Made by a program: the position numbers and the translations under genes | Origin: Lingula anatina | Taxonomy: Eukaryota > Animalia > Brachiopoda | Direction: 5' to 3' | DNA: 64,000 nucleotides | NCBI GenBank assembly: GCA_051362555.1 | Contig: CM120642.1 | Location: 34,038,001-34,102,000, forward strand | Notes under the pieces: model-generated | Databases searched by the model: none | Told to the model about the DNA's origin: nothing | The model's input: only the letters and a program-made list of their open reading frames with translations | Shown: positions 34,365 to 46,415 of the stretch, piece by piece | Layout: each line of letters opens with the position of its first letter | How positions within the stretch are numbered: position 1 is the first letter of the stretch

Positions 34365-37300
34365 TTAAACTTTTGTTTACTACATTTAAATCAATATAGC
34401 ACCTGCTGTTAGAATTATAAAAGTTGCACGCAGTCGTAATGATGTTTGTTTGTTTGTTTCACACTGTGCTATAGGCAATGAATGATGTAAATGTTTTACT
34501 GAGGACTGAGGATATTTAGCCTGAGGTGGTGCAGTGTTTGCTGGTCAGATGACCAGAACATTACACAGAGGCACGAGATTTTGACAGATTTATTTTCTTT
34601 TTTGACTGCTTATATCGGGGTATGGCTTTGCTTATATCCTGTACATAAGTTTGATAAGGGTTAGAGTAATGTGTGGCAGGTAGAGTAAACCCACCCTGTG
34701 TGCGCTGCAGACATTAGAGGACGCTAACCATGAAGTATAAGTAAGTTGTCTTTGATCATATATGTATATGCACACTTGTAATAAAAAATAATTTTGATAA
34801 GTGGGAACAGTTTCTAATATATTTTATTAAGACGTGTCCTTCCACAACAAGAGTTACTGTACTGGATAGAAGGTTGTGTGCACTTTAAGCCGTGTTGAGA
34901 AGTAACAGGTGAAGTTTTACTACTGGTAGTAACTTCCATCATGGAGGTGATGTTTTGTCTGTTTGTTGGCCTTCTGTTTGCAACTCCATGCAAAAAAGTT
35001 GTAAATAAAATCTGGCAAAACTTCTGGCAACAGTGGGTGTTTTCAGCTCAGGTGTTAATATATATATATCTAATATATATTTTGTTAAGACATGTCCTTG
35101 CACAACAACAGGCAACAGTGGGTGTTTTCAGTCTAGGTGTTAACTTGTACCAGGATATTTCTTGGTTTTAAATTGTAAAATTTAGCTTCCTTAATTGTTG
35201 TAATGATAGTTTAATTTTATATAACTCCTTTACTAAATATGAAATGTTTGTTTAAATTCATCATTTTCAATTAATTTTAATGTAGAAGCCCATATGTTCT
35301 TGAGTTTCTTGGTACAAAAAAGATTGTTGTATTGATCTTTTTCATTCAGATTTTTTTATGTTTATCGTCATTTATAATACAGTTTTTGTCTGCATATAAT
35401 CACTGTTTTGTTTTGGTTTTTAAAGAAGCAAAAATTCTGTGTTAAGATTTTGTTCTAGGTTTTTGAAATATTATCTGGTCATATGTTAATGCAGAATGAT
35501 GAGTTGCTTACATGAACTCATTCATTCACTCATTCACTCACTCACTCACTCATTCATTCATTCATTCATTCATTCATTCATTCTCCAGGTCTGGTACTCC
35601 AGTAGGTGTCTCCAGTACTGTGATAGAGCCACCGAAAATGTACAAGATGAGTTGTTTACATGAACTCATTCATTCATTCATTCACTCACTCATTCATTCA
35701 TTCACTCTCCAGGTCTGGTACTCCAGTAGGTGTCTCCAGTACTGTGATAGAGCCACCGAATATGTACAAGATGAGTTTTTTACACGAAGTCATTCATTCA
35801 TTCTCTCTCCAGGTCTGGTACTCCAGTAGGTGTCCCCAGTACAGTGATAGAGCCACCCAATGTGTACAAGAGCAGATGGAGGTCTATAAGAGTGATGTAC
35901 CTGACCATGTTCCTGAGCAGTGTCAGTTTTTCCATATGTATGTCTTCAATATGGCCATATCTGCGCATGGTAAGTAGACCTGTATACATGTAATAATATT
36001 GTATACCTGGGTGCCTCTAAGGCTTTTACTGGGGTAGGTGACAGTCTTCACCAGTGTATAGAGGTAGGAGTGCTGTTTTCTACAACTGCTTTTATAGCTA
36101 ACCCTGTCGATGTTTGACCAACAGAGATGTCTGTGGTGGCAGGGAATGGTGATATCATTCAGTGGTCTTAAGAGTGTGTGCAAGCTGCTCCCGATTCAGG
36201 GATTAATACTGAACTTCTGCAGTCTCTTTCTGGATGTCCTAAAAACTTTTCTGTTGCCTGGAGTGAGGGTAGGGGGCAAGGGGCCTATTTCAGCATACCA
36301 CAGAAAGGTTGATTTGAAATTGTGGTGTGAAGCTTTGATGAGATTACAGTCTTATCTTACCTAGGTAAACATTGACTGATATTATCTAAGATAATGATTT
36401 TTGAATTGCAGTCCTTGAAGATATCAGACAATGTGCACATAAAAACAGTTATTTACAATGTGTGCAGTCTGTGAATTTGTGGTACTTTGTTTTGACTGTA
36501 AAGTTTTCAGAAGAGACATATGGATTTGCTGTCTAATTTTTATTTTTATTCAATTGGTGAAGTTTTACTACCAGTAGTAACTTCCACCATGGAGGTGATG
36601 TTTTGTCTGTTTGTTGGTCTTCTATTAGCAACTCCATGCAAAAAGTAGTAGACAAAATCTGAAGAAATTTTCAGATTCTGTTTGAAAGAGAACAAGTAAC
36701 AAGCAGTTAGATTTTGGTGACAATTAATTAATTAGTGGTCCATTATTTAATTGTTTGTCTCTCTGCTTGGAACATTATGCAGAAACTGTTTGGAGGGGAC
36801 CCATGAAAATTGAGAAGATTTTGGATGTGATCCATTAATTAATAAATTAATTAATTCCAGGAGGCGTCAGTGTTTGGCAAACAACATGTTATGATTTGAC
36901 ATCCACATGGTTTGGTCTTATATCTATTCAAAATTCACTGTGTGAAATGTCAGAGTAACCAATGCACCTTATTTCACCTCTATGAGTGGTGCAGTTTGTT
37001 ATGAACTTATCTTATGATGTCCTTTGCCTCTGGATGATTGCACTGTCTTGTGATTAATGTTCTTATGTTTCCTGACACATTATTTATTACATTTACATTT
37101 GTGAAGAGAGATTTGTACTTTGAGATGTATGCATTTCAGTTTTTACATTATGGTTTGGGACAAAGAAGTTTTCTTAAATCAGGTGTGATGACTTAAATAT
37201 GATTCAATACAATATATCATATTTTACACATCTGCTTGTCATCTCTTTACTAGTTTGAGCATAAACATAAATGTCACATTGCGTAGACAAGAGGTTATTT

Positions 37301-40300
37301 CAGACAGCAGAGACATTCAACTCTCCATTACTAATTTATCAGATTGGATTACAAATATAATATTGAATTCTGTTGTTGTTTTGTTATTGTACATTATTTC
37401 CAACATACAGGCACTGTACAGTACAGTAGAAGTAGTAGGAGTATTGGTGTCTGTTTACCTTCACTTGTTTGAACTATTTTATCACAGACATCTCATATGC
37501 ACTATTAGTATAAAGGAAACTGTTATTATTGTTATTGTTATTATTTTCATCATTATTACTAGTAGTAGTAGAAGTAGTAGTAATATTATTAAAACGATAT
37601 TTCAGCTGGATCGCGGTGCCACCACAGCATTCCTGGGCTGGGTAGTGGCTGCTTATAGTCTGGGTCAGCTGGCAGCGTCACCAGTCTTTGGGGCTTGGGC
37701 CACATGTAGACGTAGAAGTCGCGAACCTCTGGTGGTCTCCATTGTCATTAATATCCTGGCCAATCTGATGTATGCTTACATAGTGGACATCCCTGGAGCA
37801 GCCTATAGAAAATACTATCTCATTGTGGCTAGGGCATTGATTGGCTTTGGGGCAGGTAACCATTTTTTAATATGATTATGCGTCTTAACTTGTTCCTCCC
37901 TTCCTGTGTCCTCTGCCCATAGTATGATCTTACAGTTTCCTTTCTTGCTTCCTTTCTTCTCCTCCTTCCTTCCTTCAGTTTTACCTTCCTTCTTTTATTC
38001 TCCAGTGATATGGATTTGCAGTTGATTTTGATAAAGTAAAAGACTACAATTTCTATCAGTATGAAAACTGACTTCTCACATCGTAGCTATGTGTTCCTTT
38101 CTTTTCCATGTATAAGGTAATGTTGCCGTGGTGAGATCCTATACCTCTGGTGCTACCACCATCAAAGAGAGAACAGGTGCTATGGCCAGTATGAGTGCCT
38201 GCCAGGCCACAGGATTCATTCTAGGACCAGGTAGGTTAACAGGTGCTATGACCAGTATGAGTGCCTGCCAGGCCACAGGATTCATTCTAGGACCAGGTAG
38301 GTTAACAGGTGCTATGACCAGTATGAGTGCCTGCCAGGCCACAGGATTCATTCTAGGACCAGGTAAGTTAACAGGTGCTATGACCAGTATGAGTGCCTGC
38401 CAGGCCACAGGATTCATTCTAGGACCAGGTAGGTTAACAGGTGCTATGACCAGTATGAGTGCCTGCCAGGCCACAGGATTCATTCTAGGACCAGGTAAGT
38501 TAACAGGTGCTATGACCAGTATGAGTGCCTGCCAGGCCACAGGATTCATTCTAGGACCAGGTAGGTTAACAGGTGCTATTACCAGCATGAGTACCTGCCA
38601 GGTCACAAGATTTATTCTAGGACCAGGTAGGTTATTACTTCACCCAGTGACATAATTAATACACAAATTGCCTATTTAAGGGAGTCAATAACTGAAAAAT
38701 ATTAATAACATTTCAGGTATACAGGCTATGTTGGTACCTTTGGGTTACCCCATAGACACTAGCAGTGATCTGTACAATGATTTACCCCTGAACCTGTATA
38801 TCATAAAACTTTATATAACATGTGTAATATTTCAGGTATACAGGCTATGTTGGTACCTTTGGGTTACCCCATAAACACTAGCAGTGATCTGTACAAGTAT
38901 TTACCTCTGAACCTATATACGGCGCCAGTGTTTCTCAGTGCGGTGCTAGGCCTGGTCAATGTGGTGTTACTGGTGGTGGTGTTTAGAGAACACACCGTAG
39001 TGGACGATAGTGACCTGGACTTCTCCAGGGGAGGCTCTGTTAACGCTGACCTTAATGAGTATGATGCACATCTTCAGGATAGTAAGTCACATATATGGTG
39101 TATTTGATGAATTGCTACTCTTGTGGAAATATTTGAAGTATAGTTTGCATGGTTAAAGAATATATCCCGTCGATCCTTTTAATGCTGGGGAGTAGATGGT
39201 ATAAAAATCAGTTAAAGTGGCGCTAATCAAAGCATTACATTAATTAATCCCTAGAATTTTAGAAGTTTTAATGTTGGTCCTCTTTGTAGTCTGGTCAGAT
39301 CCTGATGTTGATATGTCCTCATTTATTCTCTGTTCTAGCGACACCACTGGGCATTGAAGTGAAGCCTGACAGAATTGCTGTTCTTGTTCTTTTATTCATC
39401 TTCTTCATTGTGCTATTTGTCTTTTCCATATTTGAAACGTAAGTATCTGCACACAGCCTAAAGGAGTTTAAAACTTGGTATATCTTGTGGTTTTTAGTAA
39501 CACACCAGTAAAGTGTAACATATATTTATTTTTGTTTATATGTTATTCTTTGTATAGAAACTTGTAAATAATTTTATTAATAATTGTGTCCATTTTCCCA
39601 TGGATTTTGTTTTGTTATTAAAATATTTTGCAATTTTTAGAACTGTTTGATTTGATGCTAAAGTGTTGTATTCTACAGTATAGCTACCCCGCTGACTATG
39701 GATGAGTATGCCTGGACTGAGGAGCAGGCCTCGCTGTATGTGGGTATTACACTGGCTGTGGCAGGCATTATAGCTATTGTGGTCTTTATTCTCATCAAGA
39801 TTTTATCAAGGAAGTAAGTGATAGTGAAGACTGTTAATAAACACTATATGGTGGTATTGTACAAGTAAAATACAAGTAAACCGCCAAGGAATAAATATAT
39901 GCTTGCACTTGTAAAGATTCTAATCTTATATATGTTAATGTAAAACCATGCTGTATTCAACATATATCAAAATTTATAGTCAGTTATTTGCGCTGCCATA
40001 TTTTTTTATGTTGTTATTTTATATTACCTTTTTTATTATATTATAAACAATATTTATACCTTAACTTTGTCACCAGATGCGTCAGGGTCCAGTTGCATAT
40101 TACAAGTTAATATTTAACTATTTTATATTACTTTATTATTGTATAATAAACAGTATTTATACCTTGACTTTGTCACCAGATGTCACCACTGTTGCCAGAT
40201 GCCTGAGGTGTGTACTAGTAGGCTGCAGTAATGTTCTCTTCAAGACCTTTTTTTCAATTATTTGTGATTTAAAATAAACTTCATTTTCATTTTAAAATTC

Positions 40301-43300
40301 TTTCCAGACTGAATGAGAGGTTCATTTTGATTGGAGGATTCATATTTGTGCTGGCTGGTTTTATTGTCTACCTGCCGTGGGGTCCCGCCAGACCAGATGT
40401 GGAGATTGCCAGTAAGTGGAGATTTCTAAGACTGCATTCCCACAGATTTTAGATCGATCTATTCCCCTGGGGAGTATCACTAGATTACTGTCAGCATAGC
40501 CGGCTTAAATGTCTGTCCCACCTACTAAAAGCTGTAAGGGGGTAATTAACTTCCGTGCGCTATCGGCTGACAGCAATTTAGCGTGAACCCCCAGGGAGTT
40601 AGGTCTATCCAGATGGATTGATCTAAATCTGTGGGAATGCAGTCTAAGATTCCCAGCTGGCACTGGTCAAACAAGCTGGGTCAGCTTTGAACTTCTCATC
40701 AGTAAATCAAGTATGGTGAAGAACTGGGTATTGATTGTGGACACTCAGTTAAAATATGTGTGCCAACTTCTTAAATCTTGTTCTCATCTGGTTTAACTTA
40801 AAACAAAGACGTGTCTATCTCCTTCAAGCAGTTGCATGGCCAGGAATTTTGGATTCTGAAGTGCAGGAGGCTTAATTCATTGGGAATTTCTATCGGCCAT
40901 ATGATCCTAATCATTACTTACATTTGATGTCAACAGGAATTTTGTTTATAAATTTAACATGCTGTTGCCATCTGTTATTACAGAACTAACCAACAGTTCA
41001 TCAGCATCAGTCACTGATATGTCAGGTATGATAATGGAGGCAGTAGAGGTCCTGGGCAGGAACGTTACTGCAGCAGTCACCACCATCAAGACAACAGTCA
41101 CAGCTCACACTACAGATCTAAAGCCAGCAGGATGTCCCTACTACTTCTCATGGTGTCTGACAACACCCAAAATATTCATAGAACAGTATTTCTCAGGCAC
41201 TTTCCTCATTGCTGTGGGATATCCCACCACCAATGTGATGACTTATACACTGTTTTCAAAAATACTGGGCCCAAAACCACAGGTAAAAATGAAAACTTTC
41301 ATTGTGTGGATTGTTAAGTTCATACATAAAACTTGCAAAAATGCTTAGATGTAAAGTTTTGAAAATGTATAAAGTTCATCTTGAAATAATAATATTTTAT
41401 TCTGGAAACCATATCTACATATATGTACTAGTACTAGTAGTTTTATGATGTTTGAAAGATTTTTAATAACTTGGAGACCTGTTGAACCCAGCATAGAACT
41501 TGCTTAAAATTTTTTAAGTAATTGTCTTCGGTTTCAGACATCCACCCTTCCTTTTTTGTTGACCTTGCTCTTGCTTCAGCATTATAATAACACATCTGTT
41601 TAACTTTTGCTGTTGTGATGAAAATAAGACTTTTTGAGGATTAAAAATTCTGCTCAAACCAAGACCTGTTCAGCAGTGCCTGGTTAATACCTGTTGACTC
41701 CCACGCCGTAGCTTGAACAGACTAATATGTCACTTGAAATATATGAGGACCCTGTTTTCACTTCTTTACATGAGATTTCATCATATGTGTGCTTTACCCA
41801 AAAGTTGTCACCTAGTGTATTGCTTGTAAGTTACAGCAAAATCATGGACAGTGATAATAATAATGACATTGACTGAGATGTGGGAAATGATTGACACCCT
41901 TCACCCTGCAAGTTTTGGGGACAGACTGTTCCCCTTCCTCAGCAGGGCATTACTGTGAGCTGCAGGTGCTGTCATGTGACTAGATATTGTTACCATGTGC
42001 CCCCCCCTCCCTTACTCCCTCCCTCTCAGCCACCCCTCTTAAATAGATATAAAGAAGACTGATACATCTGTTTCTGCTTGCAGGGTCTTATGATGTCACC
42101 CCCCCCTTACCCCTCTCCCTCTCAGCCACCCCTCTTATATAGATACAAAGACACTCCTCTTGTCTAAATAAAAAGAAGACTTACACATCTGTTCCTGGTT
42201 GCAGGGTCTTATGATGTCACCCCCCCCCCCCCTTACCCCTCTCCCTCTCAGCCACCCCTCTTATATAGATACAAAGACACCCCTCTTGTCTAAATAAAAA
42301 GAAGACTTACACATCTGTTCCTGCTTGCAGGGTCTTATGATGTCACCCCCCCCTTACCCCTCTCCCTCTCAGCCACCCCTCTTATATAGATACAAAGACA
42401 CCCCTCTTGTCTAAATAAAAAGAAGACTTACACATCTGTTCCTGCTTGCAGGGTCTTATGATGTCACCCCCCCTTACCCCCTTCCCTCTCAGTCATCTCT
42501 ATTATATAGATACATAGAAGACTGACATATCTGTTCCTGCTTGCAGGGTCTTATGATGTCACCCCCCCCCCTTACCCCCCTTCCCTCTCAGTCATCTCTA
42601 TTATATAGATACATAGAAGACTGACATATCTGTTCCTGCTTGCAGGGTCTTATGATGGGATGTTTGACAGGATCAGGCAGTTTGGGGCGTGTTCTTGGTC
42701 CTCTCTTTGTCAGTAATTTATACTTTCTCCTGGGACCACGCTACTCATTTGTAGGTGTCTGTGGCATTGTTTTCGTAGCTGTGGTTACGACTTGCGCATG
42801 CTTCCACAGACTGGTCCCTTTTGGGGAATCGAAAAAGAAAGAGAAGAAACTGAAAGTAGATTCTGATGGTTTTGTGGGAAACTATACCTCAGTTTCCTCT
42901 GTGATGTTTCAAGATTTGACAGTTTCTAATGAATTAGAAAGTGAAGATTCTGAGTCTGTCATGAACTCTTTAATGAATAGTTTACGCACTGCTTTTGAAA
43001 ACTCAGAGGGATATGTTCAGTAAGACTGAAAAAAGTGAATTTTATTTAAAACAAGGAGTGAGTAAAAGACATTTCACAATGCATATGGCAATATTGGAAT
43101 ATGTTTTCATTCCTTTAAATGTGAATTTGTTTGCCATTGAGTCTGTTAAACCCTAACTTAATCTGTTGTTTCAAATTGTTGTATGTTATGATGTGTGGTG
43201 ATTTGTCATGATTTGAATCTAGTCATTATCCTAACATAAATGTATGAATCGGGGATAGTTGTGATTTTTTTTTTTTTTTAATATTATTATTTGCCTTTAT

Positions 43301-44162
43301 ACAAATTAATGAATCATGTATGTTTTGTTTGTAAAGTTTTATTATGTGTCAGCTAGGGATCTGATAATTTAAATCACTTGTAAGAACTTTCTGTGTTGTT
43401 GCTTAATAAATCTACATGTACTACATACAGTAGCAGTAGGTTAACTACATATATTGTAAGAACTTTCTGTGTTGTTGCTTAATAAATCTACATGTACTAC
43501 ATACAGTAGCAGTAGGTTAACTATATGACTCTATCATTTTTCAGCTTATCAACATTGGGATGCATGGCCTTTACAAAAAGGAAAATAATAAAAATAATAA
43601 TAATAATGGTTGCAGTAAACCATGCATGTACATAACTTGTATAATGTAAAGGAGAGGATATAAAATCAGTAATAATATTGTAGGATAAACATGCCATGGC
43701 CAGCATGCCATTTAATATGATTTGGTTAACTTTGGTTTTGGTGAACTAAACTCTTTCTGGAACTTGGTGTCTTATGAATACCTGGTACTAAAGGTAAGTC
43801 TGTCCTCTCATCAGAAGGCAGACTTTGAGTAATCAGTTAAGGAAATGTCATACATGTTCTGGTTTAAGAGACCATGTCCTAATACTCTGTGTGGTGATAC
43901 ACATCAGCTGCTTTAAACTTCTGGAATTTAAAATCTTTGTTTCTCATTTCAGGGTATAATGATGGGCTGGCTGACAGCATCAGGAAGTCTGGCCAGAACT
44001 TTGGGACCTATCTTTGTCAGCCAGTTTTACCAGAACTTAGGGCCACGGTGGACATTCTCTATAATTGCTGGGGTTGTAGTCATAACCATTGGCATCATTA
44101 TTGGCATGTTTAAAAAGTTGGTACCATATCAAGTGAGATGGAAAAGGTTGTCACCAAGGTGA
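32428..44162 (+). CDS. MFSD8: Major facilitator superfamily domain-containing protein 8 (CLN7), about 569 aa with terminal exon 10b
   Basis: Exons: 32428-32522, 35813-35969, 37606-37855, 38117-38230, 38836-39081, 39339-39438, 39679-39813, 40308-40411, 40984-41282, 43953-44162. Motifs [45 protein letters not shown] and [10 protein letters not shown]. Confidence 0.92.
35497..35870 (+). repeat. Tandem repeat (100-124 bp, 3 copies) spanning the MFSD8 exon 2 acceptor, with a CATT/CACT microsatellite
   Basis: ctccag|GTCTGGTACTCCAGTAGG at 35589, 35713 and 35813. Confidence 0.9.
36578..36880 (+). mobile_element. HINE/Helentron-like element (partial duplicate at about 34908-35020)
   Basis: Starts acttccaccatggaggtgatgttttgtctgtttg (hairpin plus microsatellite), the same architecture as 3100-3428. 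Confidence 0.5.
38172..38633 (+). repeat. 66-bp tandem repeat, 7 copies, spanning the MFSD8 exon 4 donor
   Basis: GGACCAG|gta(g/a)gt after 38230, 38296, 38362, 38428, 38494, 38560 and 38626. Confidence 0.95.
40430..40644. mobile_element. Harbinger/Tourist-like MITE
   Basis: TIR GACTGCATTCCCACAGATTT and TSD TAA. Near-identical to 60777-60991. Confidence 0.85.
41995..42657 (+). repeat. 95-126 bp tandem repeat, 6 copies, spanning the MFSD8 exon 10a acceptor
   Basis: ttgcag|GGTCTTATGATG at 42084, 42205, 42331, 42452, 42547 and 42646. Confidence 0.93.
42646..43023 (+). CDS. MFSD8: Alternative duplicated terminal exon 10a of MFSD8 (isoform about 625 aa)
   Basis: Phase-0 acceptor ttgcag|GGT. Open frame [23 protein letters not shown] is paralogous to exon 10b [23 protein letters not shown]. 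It has its own downstream AATAAA signals at 43405 and 43481. Confidence 0.75.
   Translation, partial: GLMMGCLTGSGSLGRVLGPLFVSNLYFLLGPRYSFVGVCGIVFVAVVTTCACFHRLVPFGESKKKEKKLKVDSDGFVGNYTSVSSVMFQDLTVSNELESEDSESVMNSLMNSLRTAFENSEGYVQ
43379..43523 (+). repeat. 76-bp tandem duplication containing an AATAAA polyadenylation signal
   Basis: tgtaagaactttctgtgttgttgcttAATAAAtctacatg occurs twice. Confidence 0.85.
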
Positions 44163-45179
44163 TAAGTAACCAAGATCAGTAACCAAGGTGATAAGTAACC
44201 AAGGGGATGAGTCATATTTATATATATTTTTGCGCTCTTCATTTCATAACTGCATTCTAGTATATTTGATATCATTTTTTATATTTAGAAGATTGTAATT
44301 ACCTTCTAATTTCATATATTATTGAATCAAGCAGTTTGTACATAGATACTTTGTAAATGAGACAAATTGTGACTGTCAAGACAGAAGTGTTCAATGCATT
44401 GTACAAAAACTCCATCATGGATCTGTTGTGGTATTACTGTGATAATTTTTATAGCAAATCCTAAATATATATTATTAAATATTAAGTTATAGGGCATTTT
44501 ATTTGTAACCAGTGGCTGCCTTTTGTCTGTAACAGCACAGATATTTAACAATATAACTAATGAAAATGTTCCAATGCACAACTGAGCCAAGAACAGACTG
44601 CTGTTATGGTGCTAGAAATATTTTAATGTAGAATTTGTAGAATTTATTTGTATATATACATATCTGTTCTAGTATTTGGTAAGTATCTACAAGGTGTAAA
44701 TAATAAATTGATGATGCTGTAAGTCTTTAATCTTTTAATTAAGGAGAGGTAGGGTACAGATGGTTCTACCTAAAATTTGCTTTAATTTGATGAATCACTT
44801 ACCCGTTTCAGAATGGTCAAATTGAATTTGGATTGAAGCATTAATTTTATGGTGATGGTTAAAATGTACTTACACTGTTAATATATGATATAAATGAATG
44901 GTGTACATATAATACTCAGTTTTTAAATTAACTGCTGAGCAGATATGTTATGTTGAACTGCCAGTTGATTTGGTGGACACATTGAATGTTATTAATAATA
45001 ACGCATGAAATTTTGGTTTTGTTTTCAATTCCTTGTCTATGTGGTTCATTACGGAATGTTTATTTTCAAACCATTAGATACAAATATTAATTATGGCAAA
45101 ACTTGCACTCCCATATGCCTCCATCATTGGAGGTCATTTTTTAAAATAGTTTTGTAGGTTTTTGAAATCATTTCCCTGT

Positions 45180-45410
45180 TGAGGTACTTCTGGTGTATAT
45201 ATATATTACTCTTCTTGATGTAACCAGAGTAAACCCCATTCCTTTATATTTTATAATTGAGGTACTTCTGGTGTATATATGTTACTCTTCTTGATGTAAC
45301 CAGAGTAAACCCCATTCCTTTATATTTTATAATTGAGGTACTTCTGGTGTATATATGTTACTCTTCTTGATGTAACCAGAGTAAACCCCATTCCTTTTTA
45401 TTTTATAATT
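45180..45410. repeat. 76-78 bp tandem repeat, 3 copies, between the converging 3' ends of MFSD8 and the DHHC gene
   Basis: tgaggtacttctggtgtatata starts at about 45180, 45258 and 45334. Confidence 0.9.
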
Positions 45411-46415
45411 TATAAAAAGGCCGCAGCAGATATCAGAGACAACAGCAACTTCTAAGGACATTAATTTATTAAAATTACACATTTCTAAATTACATGGCAT
45501 CTCATTTCTGCTGTATTTTCTTATAAGGCATATGTTCACAGAAGATCAATAATTCTTGGAAGAGGGACTAAATTAGTACAAAACTAAGATCACTTTCTCT
45601 CTCATTCTTAAAGGGCTTACACTCACCAATGTCTTTACTCTCTATGTTGGTCAGTGGTCTATCAAAACCTTCACTGGGTCAGTATACATGAAGAGATATA
45701 GGTTTACCTATACTATACTATAAACTTAATGAGATGTGCTTTTAATTTTTTATTGCACATTTTCCTCTACACAAAGGGGGGGGGGGTATTCTTACAAAAT
45801 TTGGTGGAAAAAATACTTTTAAATAGCTTAGTACAAAAATACATGATAACCCAAAGCAGCTCTAGGTCGGTTAATTTTCACAGAAAAAAGTAAAATTTTG
45901 CCAACAAACAAAAATCACTGCTCAATAATTCCATCATCTGCAGTTCAGACTGGAAAGGACAGCTACCTTAGTTTAACATGACTAGCAAAATATGCTTTAA
46001 ACCTTATTTAGCAGGCATATAATTATAACAATACTGAAATACAACTGGCCAGACAGTTTGCACAAAGAAAATGTTGATATCAAAATCAAAACATTATCAA
46101 TTTTCCAATAAAATCCATTCCATACACTTCTTCAACTCTGTATATGTTGAATATTTTTTTCCTTTCAACCTCCATACACAAAAGTTCAGTGTTATCATCC
46201 AAGATGTTACAAAGAGGTCAGGTAATTTGGCTTTCTTGCTTTGTTCACCTCCAGAATGCTCTGACAGATATGTCCTTACCACTATTGACAACTGTATATG
46301 ACTGGCATACTGTTTATCCTAAGTCCTCAACACACCTGGACAAAAGACTAAGTCATCTGTTTATGCTCTGCCTGGTACATCATAACTTCTCAACACCTGG
46401 ACAATGAATGGACAA

